From positions 744,001 to 808,000 of the forward strand of contig MCFH01000011.1 of the NCBI GenBank assembly GCA_002104945.1: a DNA stretch of 64,000 nt. Reading direction: 5' to 3'. Below, one piece after another: positions 25,799-38,736 of this stretch; positions within the stretch are counted from its first letter, which is position 1, and every line of letters starts with the position of its first letter. This stretch comes from Piromyces finnis finn (taxonomy: Eukaryota; Fungi; Neocallimastigomycota). The notes under the pieces were generated by a model that made no database searches, was not told where the DNA came from, and was given only the letters and a program-made list of their open reading frames with translations. The position numbers were made by a program, and so were the translations under genes.

Positions 25799-26509
25799 TG
25801 TAAAGATATAATATATATCTTTAGATTATTTAATAATTAATTATTAATTATTAAATAATAAATTAATATTTAATAAAATTAATTATAAAATTTTTTGAAT
25901 AAATTTCATGGAATAATTTAATAATAAATTATTTTATAATAATTCCGTTAAATTTAAATTAAGATAAATATTTAAATTTAAGGAATAAAAGAATTTTAAT
26001 TAAATTTAATTACTTCAAATATTTTAAATAATTAAAATATTTTTTAAATACTTTTTATTTAAATTTAGAATAGCTTAATAATTTTAACTTAGTTTTAAAA
26101 ATAGATTTATTTATATTTCAATAGGAAATATATTAAGAATAGTATTGATAATATTAAATTAATTTATAGAAAATACATGGGCTTTATTCAATTTTGAGTT
26201 TACTCAAATTGAATTAAAAGTATAGTGAATTAGTTTTAGTTTAGTTTTGTTATTTTTTATTTAATTAGATTAGTGTTGTTTATTTTATATTAAATATATG
26301 TTTATTTAAATAGAATAATATATTAGAATATAATTATGAAAAAATATAAATACATGTAATTTTTGTTTATTAAATCGATGTAATTGTTATTTTATTTCTA
26401 ACCATTAATAAAGAAGATAATTTTTAAAAAGAAACTCTTATTTTTATTTTATCGTGTGTTTAATTGTTTTATTGTTAAATATAATCTGTTTTAAGATTAA
26501 TATTTTACA
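25799..26509 (+). mobile_element. Family D-like LTR with a divergent 3' end
   Basis: Starts TGTAAAGATATAATATATATCTTTAG; colinear with 56010-56799; no matching TSD found. Confidence 0.75.
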
Positions 26510-28249
26510 AACTCAATAAACAATGAGTTGCAATATTATTATTTTATATTAATTTCTTATTCTTAAATAATATCATAATAATTTAATTAATGTAAGTATT
26601 AAATACATTTAATACTTAAATGAAATTCGTTTGAATTTCATAAGTTATTTGTTCTAGATACAAATAACAATAAAAGTAACAATAAAAGTCTCCTTACATA
26701 TATTGTAATGAATTTTTAAATTCATTTATTAAAAGGAGCAATAAGAAACAATAAATTGTTTCTTAAAAACAAAAACAAAAAAAAAAAAAAAAAAAGAAAC
26801 AAAATATTGTTTTTTAAAACTTTTTAAAATAATTATAAAAATAGAATACCTTGTTAAGAAATAAGCATTTGTTTCATACAAGGTAATAAACATAATAAAC
26901 AGGTAAGGAAAAGGTAATGTTTATAAATATATAATATATTATTATTATTTAAAATATAAGTTAAAAATATATATATGTATATATATATATTTAATGTTTT
27001 ATTACTTTATTATTCTTATTTTATTAGAATTATTGGTTATTAATTTTTTTCCCAATTAAATAATAATTGGTTTTACTTAATAATACGAGACTAATATGTA
27101 TAGATTATTAGTCGAATTTTCTAGAGTTTTTCTACTAATCTTTTCTCTAGAAGAAATTGTTAAGATTAGAAAACACTTTTAAATTTTATGTTAGTTTAGA
27201 TAATTAAATAATATTAATAGTTTATTTAATTTATTTATTTATTTATTCATTATTAACTTTTAATGGTGCTCCTAAGTATCTTTTAATTTCTTGATAAGTT
27301 ATACAACTTATCAAAATAAAAGGAGTAATGTAAGAAACATAGATAAATTCTATATAATTTATCTATTTTCTTATTAATTAATATTTATTATAATATTTAT
27401 TATTATTTATCATTTAATACATTATTTAATACAAAATTTGATACATTAAATACATTGATTAAATGCATTGTTTTATTATATTAATTTAGTTGCATCATTT
27501 TAACCAATCTATGTATAGTGTATTAAATTAATATAAAAGAATAATCTTTAAAATAAAATTGTTTTAAAAAATGTCTTTTATTATAATAGTATTTTTTAAT
27601 AACAATTACATTGATGTTAAATCACGCAGATTCGGGTTAGGTTTGGATTAATTAACTAGGTCAGGAATGGTTATAAACTAATAATAATAGAAACTAATTT
27701 CCTTAATTATCCGATTATTGGATGAAATTATATGCAATGGATTTATTAACTAAAATGACACTTTAATTTCAAATTTCATTAAAATAAAATTAAGTTTAAA
27801 TCAACTTTTATTTATAAAATTAGTTACAAGGGAAATCTAATGTAATTTATTAATCTTTACTATTATTAATTTATCTAATTAAAATTAATAATCTTACTAT
27901 TGATCAACATTTAACTAAACTACTCTATTTATACTAATTTCTCAAAGTTACAATTTTTACATAATTAATTCACATGGCTATTTTATTAATATTAATTAAT
28001 TAATTATTGTAACTATGATTTTTATAAACTGTCACGAGTAAAAATAATTATTAATATAATATTTTATTATTTTAAGTCATGCGTTTAAATAACTTTTCAC
28101 AACTTTTATCATCTGATTACTAATTTAGAAATTAATAATTAAATTTATTATTAATAGTAATACTTAAACCAATACCTAAAAGTTTAGAAAAATTTTTATT
28201 AATTTTAAGTGTGAAATTTTTAATATTTAATTTATATTGAATTCCCTTT

Positions 28250-29260
28250 AATTGATCATAAGTAACTCAACTTTTGGAATATTGATGATTCAAATGTACC
28301 AAAAGATAGCTTAGGCCTTTAGCTTTCTAATGTTCATAATATCATCAAAGTAATTTGATTTTTCCAGTAATTTTCTTGGGTTTCGTAATTCACACTTTAT
28401 TTAAGGGTTAGGTGTTTCACAACTATGGGATTATTTAAATCCACTTAGATTCGTGACAATTGATGTTAAGTTTTTGGATTTGGTTATGCGGCCAGGTCAG
28501 AATGTTATCAATTATATAGTAAATATGTTTTTTAAGAAATTAAATTTAAATATAAAATAACCCTTTAAACTTCCAAATGAAAAATTAATATTTATTCTTT
28601 AGAATAACTTGTTTATAAAATTTTATTTATTTATTAATAATAATATAAATGATAATATATTTAATAACTATATAATTAAGATTATAACTATAATCTTTAC
28701 AAAGAATTAAAATCGAATTCAATTCATTCTATTTTATATTCTTTGTTCAGATTATTAAATTGATAAGAATAAAGTATTACATGTAATATGTTAATAATAT
28801 AATAAGATTGTTTGTTTGTTTGTTTGTTTTGTCATGACATAAAATAAAATAAACATATGATTAATCATTTAAACACTTGATCCATTAACCTATTTTATAA
28901 TAATTAAAATTATTTAATTTATAAATGTTAACTGTTACACCTAAATGGTTTAGTTCTATTTTTAGTAACAGTCACTATCATTAATTAAATTAATATAATT
29001 AGAATTTCTATTGATATCTTTTTAATTTTCGTCAAGTCATAAGAAATGTCTATGATCCATACTTGATATCATATTAATTTTAATTTACTTATTAAAATCT
29101 TCAAATGATCATATCTTCCTTAAATGACCAGTTAGAAGGACCGCGATTATACCAAAATATAGCTTTTCCCTTAAGCTTTCTAATAAACTTGGTTTCACAA
29201 CCGTAGCACTTACAGCTGTAGCACTCGTTTTTGGCGAGTTATGCGTAGTTTCGTATTTGT
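28250..29260 (-). pseudogene. Strongly decayed retrotransposon gag/RT-like remnants
   Basis: Minus-strand fragments SNYFDDIM (RT YxDD-like) and RKLKGKAIFWY (gag L.G.A..W-like) among many stops. Confidence 0.3.
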
Positions 29261-29499
29261 TTATTTTTGGCTAAGGGTTATAGTGTATTGATATTGAATT
29301 TTTTGAAATCATAACCCTTTCACTGAACCAAAATTTAAAAGGTGACTTTTAAAGGTGTTTTAAAATAATTATTGGGATCATTTAATTCTAATTATTATGT
29401 TTAATTAATTATAGATATTATCTGAATTTGTTTTAAATCCAGTTAATATCTTCACAATGACACCACGAATATAAAGACACAGGTCAATAAATTCTTATT

Positions 29500-30270
29500 G
29501 TAAAATATTCTAAACTAAGTTCAGGTTTGTATACACTCAATATTCTAAACTACACTTTAAATTATTTTTAATTTTTTATATTTTATTTATTAAATTATTT
29601 TAAAATAACTAAACTAAAACAACCGTTGATTACTTTACCGTGAAGGATATTTTACCAGAGCCCTCACTAGGTAATCAATTTATTTTATTTAAAACTAAAA
29701 TTATTAATCTAAACTATAAACTAATGTTAATTTATCTATACTAGATTAACCTATACGATTTTCCAACTATCGTTTCAATAGTTGAAAAATTCTCTTTATT
29801 TATACTTTTTAAATAAATTGAATAAATTCTAATATACATGTTTTAATATTATAATTTTACATTGTTTACATTTATACATTTATTAAAAGAAATTATTTGT
29901 ATTAAACTATTTAAATTCAATTTATTTACTAAAGAATTTTCTAAACTTAAAATAAAGTTTTGATTTATTTACTATATGGTTGATTATATTTCAAACATAT
30001 ATTCAATTTATTTATTTCTAATTTTGAGGCTTAGTTTATAAAAAATTTTTTTTTATTATCTAAAATATTTATTGGTTAAAATTTATTTAATTTAAAATTT
30101 TATTTTATCATCAAAAACTTTATCTTATCATAAAATTAAATTTTAAATAAATTTATGTTAATGTATTGTGATATAAATTTTATGAAATTTTACGGTACAT
30201 TAATTTAATACATTATACATTATTTTAAATACGTATTAAATACATTATTCTATTAATACAATATTTTACA
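29500..30270. mobile_element. Solo LTR, family G (inverted relative to 9206-9977)
   Basis: TSD CTTAT (29495-29499, 30271-30275). Confidence 0.9.
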
Positions 30271-30279
30271 CTTATTATT

Positions 30280-31550
30280 TGTAACGAATTGTAATAATTA
30301 TATTATATTTATTATATAATAATAATTATTAGCTTTAAATTAATAATATAAACTATTATTAAAATGTGAAAATAAAGGTAAAATTAGAAACTTAACTTAA
30401 TGAGTTTATTATAAGAAATTATAATAAACAAAACCAAATGTATCAGAATTATTTTGTGTATTTAATAGTTTTTTTAATATTTATTTTATTACTTATTATT
30501 TTGTATAAAGTTATTTATTATAATTAATCTTATAATAATAACTCTTGATTTCTCAAATCGAACTCAAGAGTACTATTTATATGTTTTATTCTATTAAATT
30601 AAAATTTCTAAGAACATTCTAATCTTAACAAGAATCTTTTTAGGAAAAGACTAGAAGAAAAACCTAAAAAGTTATTTGATTGATATTCTAATCATACCAA
30701 TCATCGTAATATTAAGTAAAACCGTTGATAACGGGTAAAACCTTAATATCCGATTTCCTATTACATACTAATATATAGTTGTATAATATTATTAATGTAA
30801 TTAGTATGTGTTTTATCTTTTATAATACAAGTATATATATAAATGAATGTATAAATACATAATTAAATAAATTAATTAATCTAATATAGCGAATGAATAA
30901 TTATTAACTAAATAAATATTTACAATATTTAACTTAACAAATAACTATAATAATAAATAAATATATTAATATAATCTAATGGATTAATGATTATTAACTA
31001 AATAAATTATTTGTAATGTTTAATACTAAGAATAAATAATAAGTATTTATTCTTACACGAATTGTAATAATTCCATTATAAATTATTATATAATAGAATT
31101 ATTAACTACAATTTATTGATAAATTGAGAATAAAAAGAAAATAAATATTAATACTTATCTTTAAGTTCGAGTTTATTATAAGAGTAGAAATAATTTTACA
31201 CTTTAATAAGTTAATATGTTTTATTATAACTAAGTTAAGTAAAATAGAATTAAAAACGCTTTTATTATTATAATTTGTTTCTTATAATAATAACTCTTGA
31301 TTTCTTAGAAGGGAATCAAGAGTCTTTATTTATATTATTTAATAAATTTAAAGTTTAAATTAAAATTTTATCTAATCTTAACAAAATAATTTTTTGTTTA
31401 GGAAAAGATTAGAAGAAAAACCTAAACAAAGTTCGATCAACATTCTATACATATTGATCATCGTATATTTTAAGTAAAACCAATTATTTTAGAAATTGGA
31501 AAAAACCTTAAAATATCGATTCCTAAACAATGAATAATTATTTTAAAGTA
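30280..31550 (-). repeat. Two adjacent diverged copies of family F LTR-like sequence
   Basis: Shared blocks 30530-30770 and 31281-31530 (ATAACTCTTGAT...TCAAGAGT; GGAAAAGA.TAGAAGAAAAACCTAAA); inverted relatives at ~27040-27180 and 51455-52002. Confidence 0.6.
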
Positions 31551-31552
31551 AT

Positions 31553-32156
31553 TGTAATGGCGACACAGAAAGAATAGATTAGGATATCTATTCTATTACA
31601 ATAACACTAAATTTAAAATAAAAATAAAAAATTGTTTTATTAAAAATATCTTTTATTATAATAGAAATTTAATAATAACAATTACATCGATAAAATGATG
31701 AAAAATATCTTCTATTTATATTTTTCCTAAATACATTTATATTATATTATAACTATTTATTTCTTATATATTATTATTTAAAATCTACACTAAAATCTTA
31801 ATTATTAATAAATATTTAAACTATAACTATTTTTAGTAAAATACAATTGGCAATTCAAATTAAGTACTATTCAATTTGAATATGTGCCCATGTATTATTG
31901 ATATATTAATCATTTATTATTTATTTATTTCTATGAAAAAACAATACTAAAACTAGGGATTTAAATTGAGAATATTAATTTACTTGTTAAACATTAAAAA
32001 TAAACTAATAATTTATTTTGTTTTAAACTTTAATTATTAATAAATAAATTATGTCTCATTTTCTTTTTCTGAATATAATTTGTGTAACTTAAACAATAAT
32101 ACTTGTGGCTTAAGTTACATTAAAGATATCAAACAGAGGCGTTTGATATCTTTACA
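31553..32156 (-). mobile_element. Solo LTR, family C
   Basis: TSD GTAAT (31548-31552, 32157-32161). Confidence 0.9.
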
Positions 32157-32536
32157 GTAATTAATTAAATAAATAATTAAATATATTTGATAAAAATATA
32201 AAGTTAAATAAAAGTAATTAATTAAATTAATTAATTAAATGAATAAATATAATTAATAAAAATATAAAGTTAAATAAAAGTAATTAATTAAATTAATTAG
32301 TTAAATGCATAAATATAATTAATAAAAATATTAAATAAAATATTAATGAATAATATAATTAAATGGCTAAATGTAATTTAAGATATTAAAATTAAGTGAA
32401 AATAAATAATTAAAATAAATTTAAATGAGAATAATTATTTAAATAGACTAATATTATTAACATTAATTAATGATTAATAATTAATGATTTTAACTAAGAA
32501 ATATTAATTATGTATCAAATAATTATTATTTCTTAC

Positions 32537-32970
32537 ACGAATACTAGAAATAACTAAATTGTCTTAGTGGTTAGTAGCTAAGACTTTGAGTCTGAATGAC
32601 ACTAGTTCAAGATCTTATAAATACTATTTTAAAAATTATGATTTTATTTTATTTTATTTTATTTTTAAATTTTATTTTATATGAAGATTATTGATTGGTT
32701 AAGAATTTTAAGTTGAAAAAATTTTATAAATTAATTTAAAAAATTTTTAGTATAAATACGAGTGAATTTTCCCAAATATTTTAAAGAATCGAGATTTTAT
32801 TAATAAATAATTATATTATTAAACACTAACTTATTAAGTTAAATTCTATGTGTTTTTAATGATATTTTTATAAATTAATAATTTACAGAATATTTTAAAG
32901 TGGTAATATTACTAAGTTATTTAGTAAATATTATAATTTGTTTTTATTGTTAAGGACACATTTCTTTACA
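32537..32970. mobile_element. Family E LTR-like repeat (inverted copy of 24985-25400)
   Basis: Ends GACACATTTCTTTACA, the reverse complement of the start at 24985. Confidence 0.65.
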
Positions 32971-35227
32971 TTATTAAAACTTTTAATGTATATTATAAAA
33001 ATATTTTTTTGTTAATAACAACACGAGGAAAAAAAAAAAAAAAGATTATTAACATTTAATATTATATTATCTCATACTATGGTTTAACCAATAATTTTAT
33101 AAATAATTAATTTAATAAAAAAAATTAAAATAAAATAAAACTCAGTATAATGATACGACTCTAACCTGCGACATTCATGTCTAATGGTAATAACATTACT
33201 GATATACTATTATAAATCCTTTTTAATTCATGATACAAGATGCATAAAAAAATATAATATTTTAAATATTTTATGAATAATATCTAATTCTTTTATAAAT
33301 TGTATATCAATTACTAGTGTTAATAATAATTAAACTATATTAGTATAAATTATTATGACGCAAATGTTACACATATATTAGAATAATTAATTACACAAGA
33401 AATGAAAAGATATAAAAATAGTGATAAAGAACAAGATATAAAAAAGAGGAGAAAAGAACTTTTCATTTATAAATAATATTTGATATTTTAGTTTTAAGTA
33501 TAATTTTTATTTTATTTCATTTTATTTTAATAGTTCTAGTTTAAGTTAGTTTTAGGTTAATAATTAAATATTTAATATTTATTATATTTAATTCAGTTTA
33601 AAATATTAATTATAAAAGAAAAGAATATTTATTGTTTATTTTTTTTTATTATTTCAGAAAAGTTATATTTTATTATTAATAGTAATTTTATCGACATATT
33701 TTTATATTTACATTTTATATTCAACTATTTATATTTATTAAACAATAACTTTCGATTCTACTAGTATTGAATGTTATTAATCTTATAATCATCATAATAA
33801 TAATAATTAAATAAAGAAACTTTCAACCAAAATCTATTTAATTATATTATTATAAAATTTATTATTTTTACTATTTGTTTTTATTATTTATTTTTATTAT
33901 TATAAAATAGAAATAAATACAATATTATCTAATATATTATTCAACTATCATTCCCTATTGCTAACGTTCACAATTATATTTTATTTATGGTGTCTTTAAA
34001 ATATATTGCATCATTCATTGTTAAGGAATCAACAAATAATGTTATTCTTGTCATAATTAACAATTATGACCTAATCCATTATTGTTCCTAAATTTATGAT
34101 ACTTTACAATATTCTTATTTGTAAAATAATGTATACATGAAAATCATATTTATACTTATTATAAACTATTTTATTAAACTTAAATTTTATTTTATTAAAC
34201 TTAAAAATTAATTTAGTAATAATAATATATTGAGAAATTATAGTTTAGTTAACTTTTAGTTTAATTTATTAAGTTAATGAATTTTTATTAATTAAATTAT
34301 AAATAATATTTCTGTAAACTAGTAAAATTCTTTAGTTAAATATATTTAAAGTAAACTTTTAATGTATGTTAATCAATTTAATAATATGTATAATTATTTA
34401 TTATAGTAATAATGAGATTGTATTATTCATTTAAAATTAATTCAAATAAGAAAAATAATGTAATTAATTAAATACTAATTCTTTTAATTAACACTACTTA
34501 AATTTCCACAAAAAGTATAAAAGGTGTAAATTAGAAGAGTTAGAAAGTGTGTGTTGTTTAATTTTATTTTTAATATCTTAATATAACAAATTTAATAATA
34601 AAAACAATTTTTCTTATTTTTATTTTAATATTATTTTTGAGTATTAATAAATTTATTAATATTTTCATAAATAAATTAATTTCCTCGAACCGTAACATCA
34701 TTATGTAAGAAATAATAATTATTTCAATCTAAATAATTAATATTTCTTATTAGTTTAATAATTTAGTTAATAATATTTTATACACTTAAATTATTTATTT
34801 AATTTATTTAGTTAAATATAAATTATACATTCAGATACTTTATTTAATTTATTTAGTTAAATATATTTCATATATTTATATAATTTATTTAATTTATTTA
34901 ATTAAATAATAATTTGTTCATTTGATTTTTAAATAATATTTATATACAAGAATCCAATTTTACCCTTTAATTATATATTACTAATTAATTTATAAATGCT
35001 TATAATATATATAACACTGCTGGATCAATCTGGATCGAATGCGCCCAGGTAGCACCAATAAATAATATTTGTTCTGGAAAACTAAGATTTATACAATGTC
35101 CTAGATTTTTAGCCTGAAATTTCTGGCCTTTCTGGTTTTTGTCTGGTTAAAATTTTACCAGAGGTCAAATTTTCCTGGCTAGAAATATTGGCTAAATCCT
35201 TCCAAAATCTAGGAAAAAGTATAAATC

Positions 35228-35718
35228 ATGTGTGGATTACACCCACATATATTTACTGTTAAGAGAAATGGTTCTCGAAACATAGTTCCTATGATTAAAT
35301 ACTTAACAAAAGAAGATAAATGTCCTTTATCAACTTTCGAGTGGGAATCTCTATTAAAATCTGAAGGAAATGAATCTAAAGACCCCGACTGGGATCGTTA
35401 TTTGAACGAACATTTAACTCAAAACCAGGTCATACTACGTATACACGAAGAAGGATTCGCCTCAAGATTTGCTAACCATTTTACTAACTGGATCGCATAC
35501 ATCAAGAAGATGTTTCCTGAAGAGCCCAAACGTGAGTATGTATCTCCTTACACGCAAACTGACTTTAAACTACCAGAAGAACTTGCCATGTGGAAGATAT
35601 GTTACTTTCAAGGTTGGCTTGAAAATCTCCATCGTTTTGGGGAATGGTTAAGACCACAATCCTTGATACTTATAGGTCCAAGTAGAAGTGGTAAAACTGA
35701 ATGGGCCAGGTCCTTAGG
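35228..35718 (+). pseudogene. rep: CRESS Rep, middle segment (RCR motif III and helicase Walker A)
   Basis: GLHPHIF (GRS-like), IKYLTKED (motif III), GPSRSGKTEWARSLG (Walker A); cut by an LTR at 35719. Confidence 0.92.
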
Positions 35719-36075
35719 TGTAAAGATATAATATATATCTTTAGATTATTTAATAATTAATTATTAATTAAATAATAAATTAATATTTAGTAAAATTGAT
35801 TATAAAATTTTTGAATAAATTTTATGGAATAATTTAATAATAAATTATTTTATAATAATTCCGTTAAATTTAAATTAAGATAAATATTTAAATTTAAGGA
35901 ATAAAAGAATTTTAATTAAATTTAAATATTTCAAATATTTTAAATAATTAAAATATTTTTTTAAATACTTTTTATTTAATTTTAGAATAGATTATACTTT
36001 TTTATTTAAATTTAGAATAGTTTAATAATTTTAACTTAGTTTTAAAAATAGATTTATTTATATTTCAATAGGAAA

Positions 36076-37105
36076 TGTCACGAATACTAGTGAAATTACA
36101 ATTTCAAGATCACTTGGAATTGTGAAATCACTTATGAAAATTCAAAATCAACAAATATTTTATTTTCAAATAAATTATAAAATTTTATTAAGAAATATTT
36201 AAAAATTTAGAAAAGGTTAAAATATGACCTTAACCCTTAATAATTTTTATAATAAATAACTTTAACCCTTATCGTTAAAATGGAATAAGAAAAAACACGC
36301 GTATCTCCTCAACGAATGACGATTTTTGAATAAAAATATTTTGGTTATAATTACGTTCGTTAGAAAGCCACGCTCGAGACAAACAACATATCTTAAAATC
36401 AGGTCAATATCTCTGCTGGTTCACGAGATATTCCAATTTAAAGATATTTTGTTAGCAATGATTAATTGTTTATTCAGAGAATGATCACCCCTGATATATC
36501 AAACATAAATCATTCACTCAAAGTATAAAAATTATTGTTTAATTAAATTAAAATTATTTTCCGGAACTAATTAACTTTATTTTATAATAATTATTTCAAT
36601 AACATAATTTATAATCTTTGAACTAGAAGATTATAATTATTAATATTATATTCAATGAATTATATTATAATTAAGAAATAATTAATATTATAAATATATA
36701 AATAATAGTTATTTTTAATAATTAGTAGTAAGTCTTAAGTTTAGCCTTAGTATTATAAAATATATTATGAATATAATCATGTACTAAAAAGTTATTTTAG
36801 TATTAAATGTAAAATTACAAATAGTATAAATAGTTTAGAATAGTTTTATGAATTAAATCTTTGTAAAGATTATTATCTTATTAATACTTAATAAGTATTA
36901 CTATTAAATAATCTTATTATTATATATATTCTTTAAATAAAATAAAAAGGAATTATTTTAACTATAATACATAATTTAATTATTCATTTATAAATCAATT
37001 AAGATTATTTTAATAAAACATTTTTTTTCTAACCTAGTTATCTTTTAACCTTTTATTTAATTTGATATTTTAATATTAAATTATAAGTTTAGTAAAACTT
37101 TTACA
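36076..37105. mobile_element. Solo LTR (~1030 bp)
   Basis: TGTCAC...TTTACA ends; TSD GGAAA (36071-36075, 37106-37110). Confidence 0.85.
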
Positions 37106-37881
37106 GGAAATATATTAAGAATAGTATTGATAATATTAAATTAATTTATAGATGTAACGATGATAAATAATAATTATAAATATATTATACATTTGATATT
37201 AGTAGAAATTTTTATTATAAAATAATTATTAAATAATTTTATATAGTTTATTATAAAAATATAATTTACATAAAATCAAATATTTTATAAATTTATATAT
37301 TTGATTGGGTTAAATTATAAAAATAATTTTTATTATAAAGAATAATAATAATTTTTAGTAGAAAATGAGAAGACTTAGATTATTAATAATAAGTTAAATT
37401 TTAATAATAGTTAATATAATTAATTAGTGAATACATAATAATATTTAAAAAGACAAAAATAAGTTTTTATATAATAAAAATTATTGTTAAAAAGAGCGTA
37501 AGAACAATAAATAAAAGAAAATATAAAAACGAAATTAAACTTGTCTAATTTGTAATTATTGTGTTAATAATAAATAATATTTTATAGAATAAATCTGGTG
37601 TTATTATTCTATATAAATATTATTAAATAATAAAACTATTAAAACTATAAAATAGCTTAAAATAAATTAATAAAACTAGTAGATATTGTTAAAGCTCGTA
37701 CAATAGCTGTCGAGATAAAACAATATAAGATAACAGAAGAAGTAGTTAAAAAGTTGTAATATAACTACCAATCCGTTATCAAGTGGTGGAGAACCTCAGT
37801 CGTCCCGTGGGAAAGCCGAAAATTTAAATAATTCCTATTAATTAGTATATTTAGTATAATTATCTTATTTATTTACTAAAT

Positions 37882-38736
37882 ATGACTGAAAATAAAAACA
37901 ATTTTGAAAGAGCCGCTAGTATGGCTAAAGAAATAAGCCCTCTTGGCAAGAAAGATACTAAGTTCTTCAGATGGAAAATGGAACTTGAAGATATCTTAGA
38001 AGACTTAGCTCTTTCTGAAAAAGAAAAGAAGAGAATTGCTTTGCTTGCTACTACCGGTAACTCAAAGGATCTTTGTAGTGATATTTATTATGAAGATAGA
38101 TCCCTATCTTATAATGAATTTATCAATAAAATATCTAACTTATTTGAGGATGATAAAACCTCTAATAGAAACCTAAATAAGTTAGAAAAAATAAAAGTAA
38201 ACAAAAGCTCTGTTAGATAATTTAACCGTTCTTTTAACGACCTTTTGAAAGAAATTAAAGAAAGGGACAAGCCTTCTGAAGAAAGACTTGTTTTTCTTTA
38301 TACAAAAGCTTTTAATAGGAGAACTTCTATATTAAATTCTCTTATTAACAAACAACCAAAAACTTTAAAGGATGCTATGGTCATTGCTATTAAAGCAGAT
38401 GAGCTTCTATCTGCTTATGAAAGTGATGATGAATATGTACCCAATAAAAGAACTCAAAACAAAAATAATTATTATAAGAGAAAAATAGAAGTTGAAGATA
38501 AAACCTCTTATAATAATAACGAAAATAATAGTAGTACTGATAATGAAAAGACTACTAAAGAAGAAGCTAAAGAATCAGATCTGGATGCTTTGACCAAAAG
38601 CTTTGCCCAGATGAAAATTCATATCTGCCACCGTTGTAACCAGAAAGGACATGATGCCCGCTTCTGCCCAAACGAAATGACCGATGTGAACAAAATCATA
38701 GCTACCCTCCTCAAAACCCAAAACCATTTAAATTAA
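37882..38736 (+). pseudogene. Gag with CCHC knuckle, interrupted by one in-frame TAA (38218-38220)
   Basis: Track ORFs 37882 and 38245 share one frame; CHRCNQKGHDARFC knuckle. Confidence 0.85.

Noticed and set aside
35719-35731. Rep C-terminus ...SLGVKI* and ORF start MFCFKY... at 48628 as given in the track
   Set aside because: Both are read-through into LTR sequence; the true frame continues across the TTAGG duplication as SLGKYMYF.
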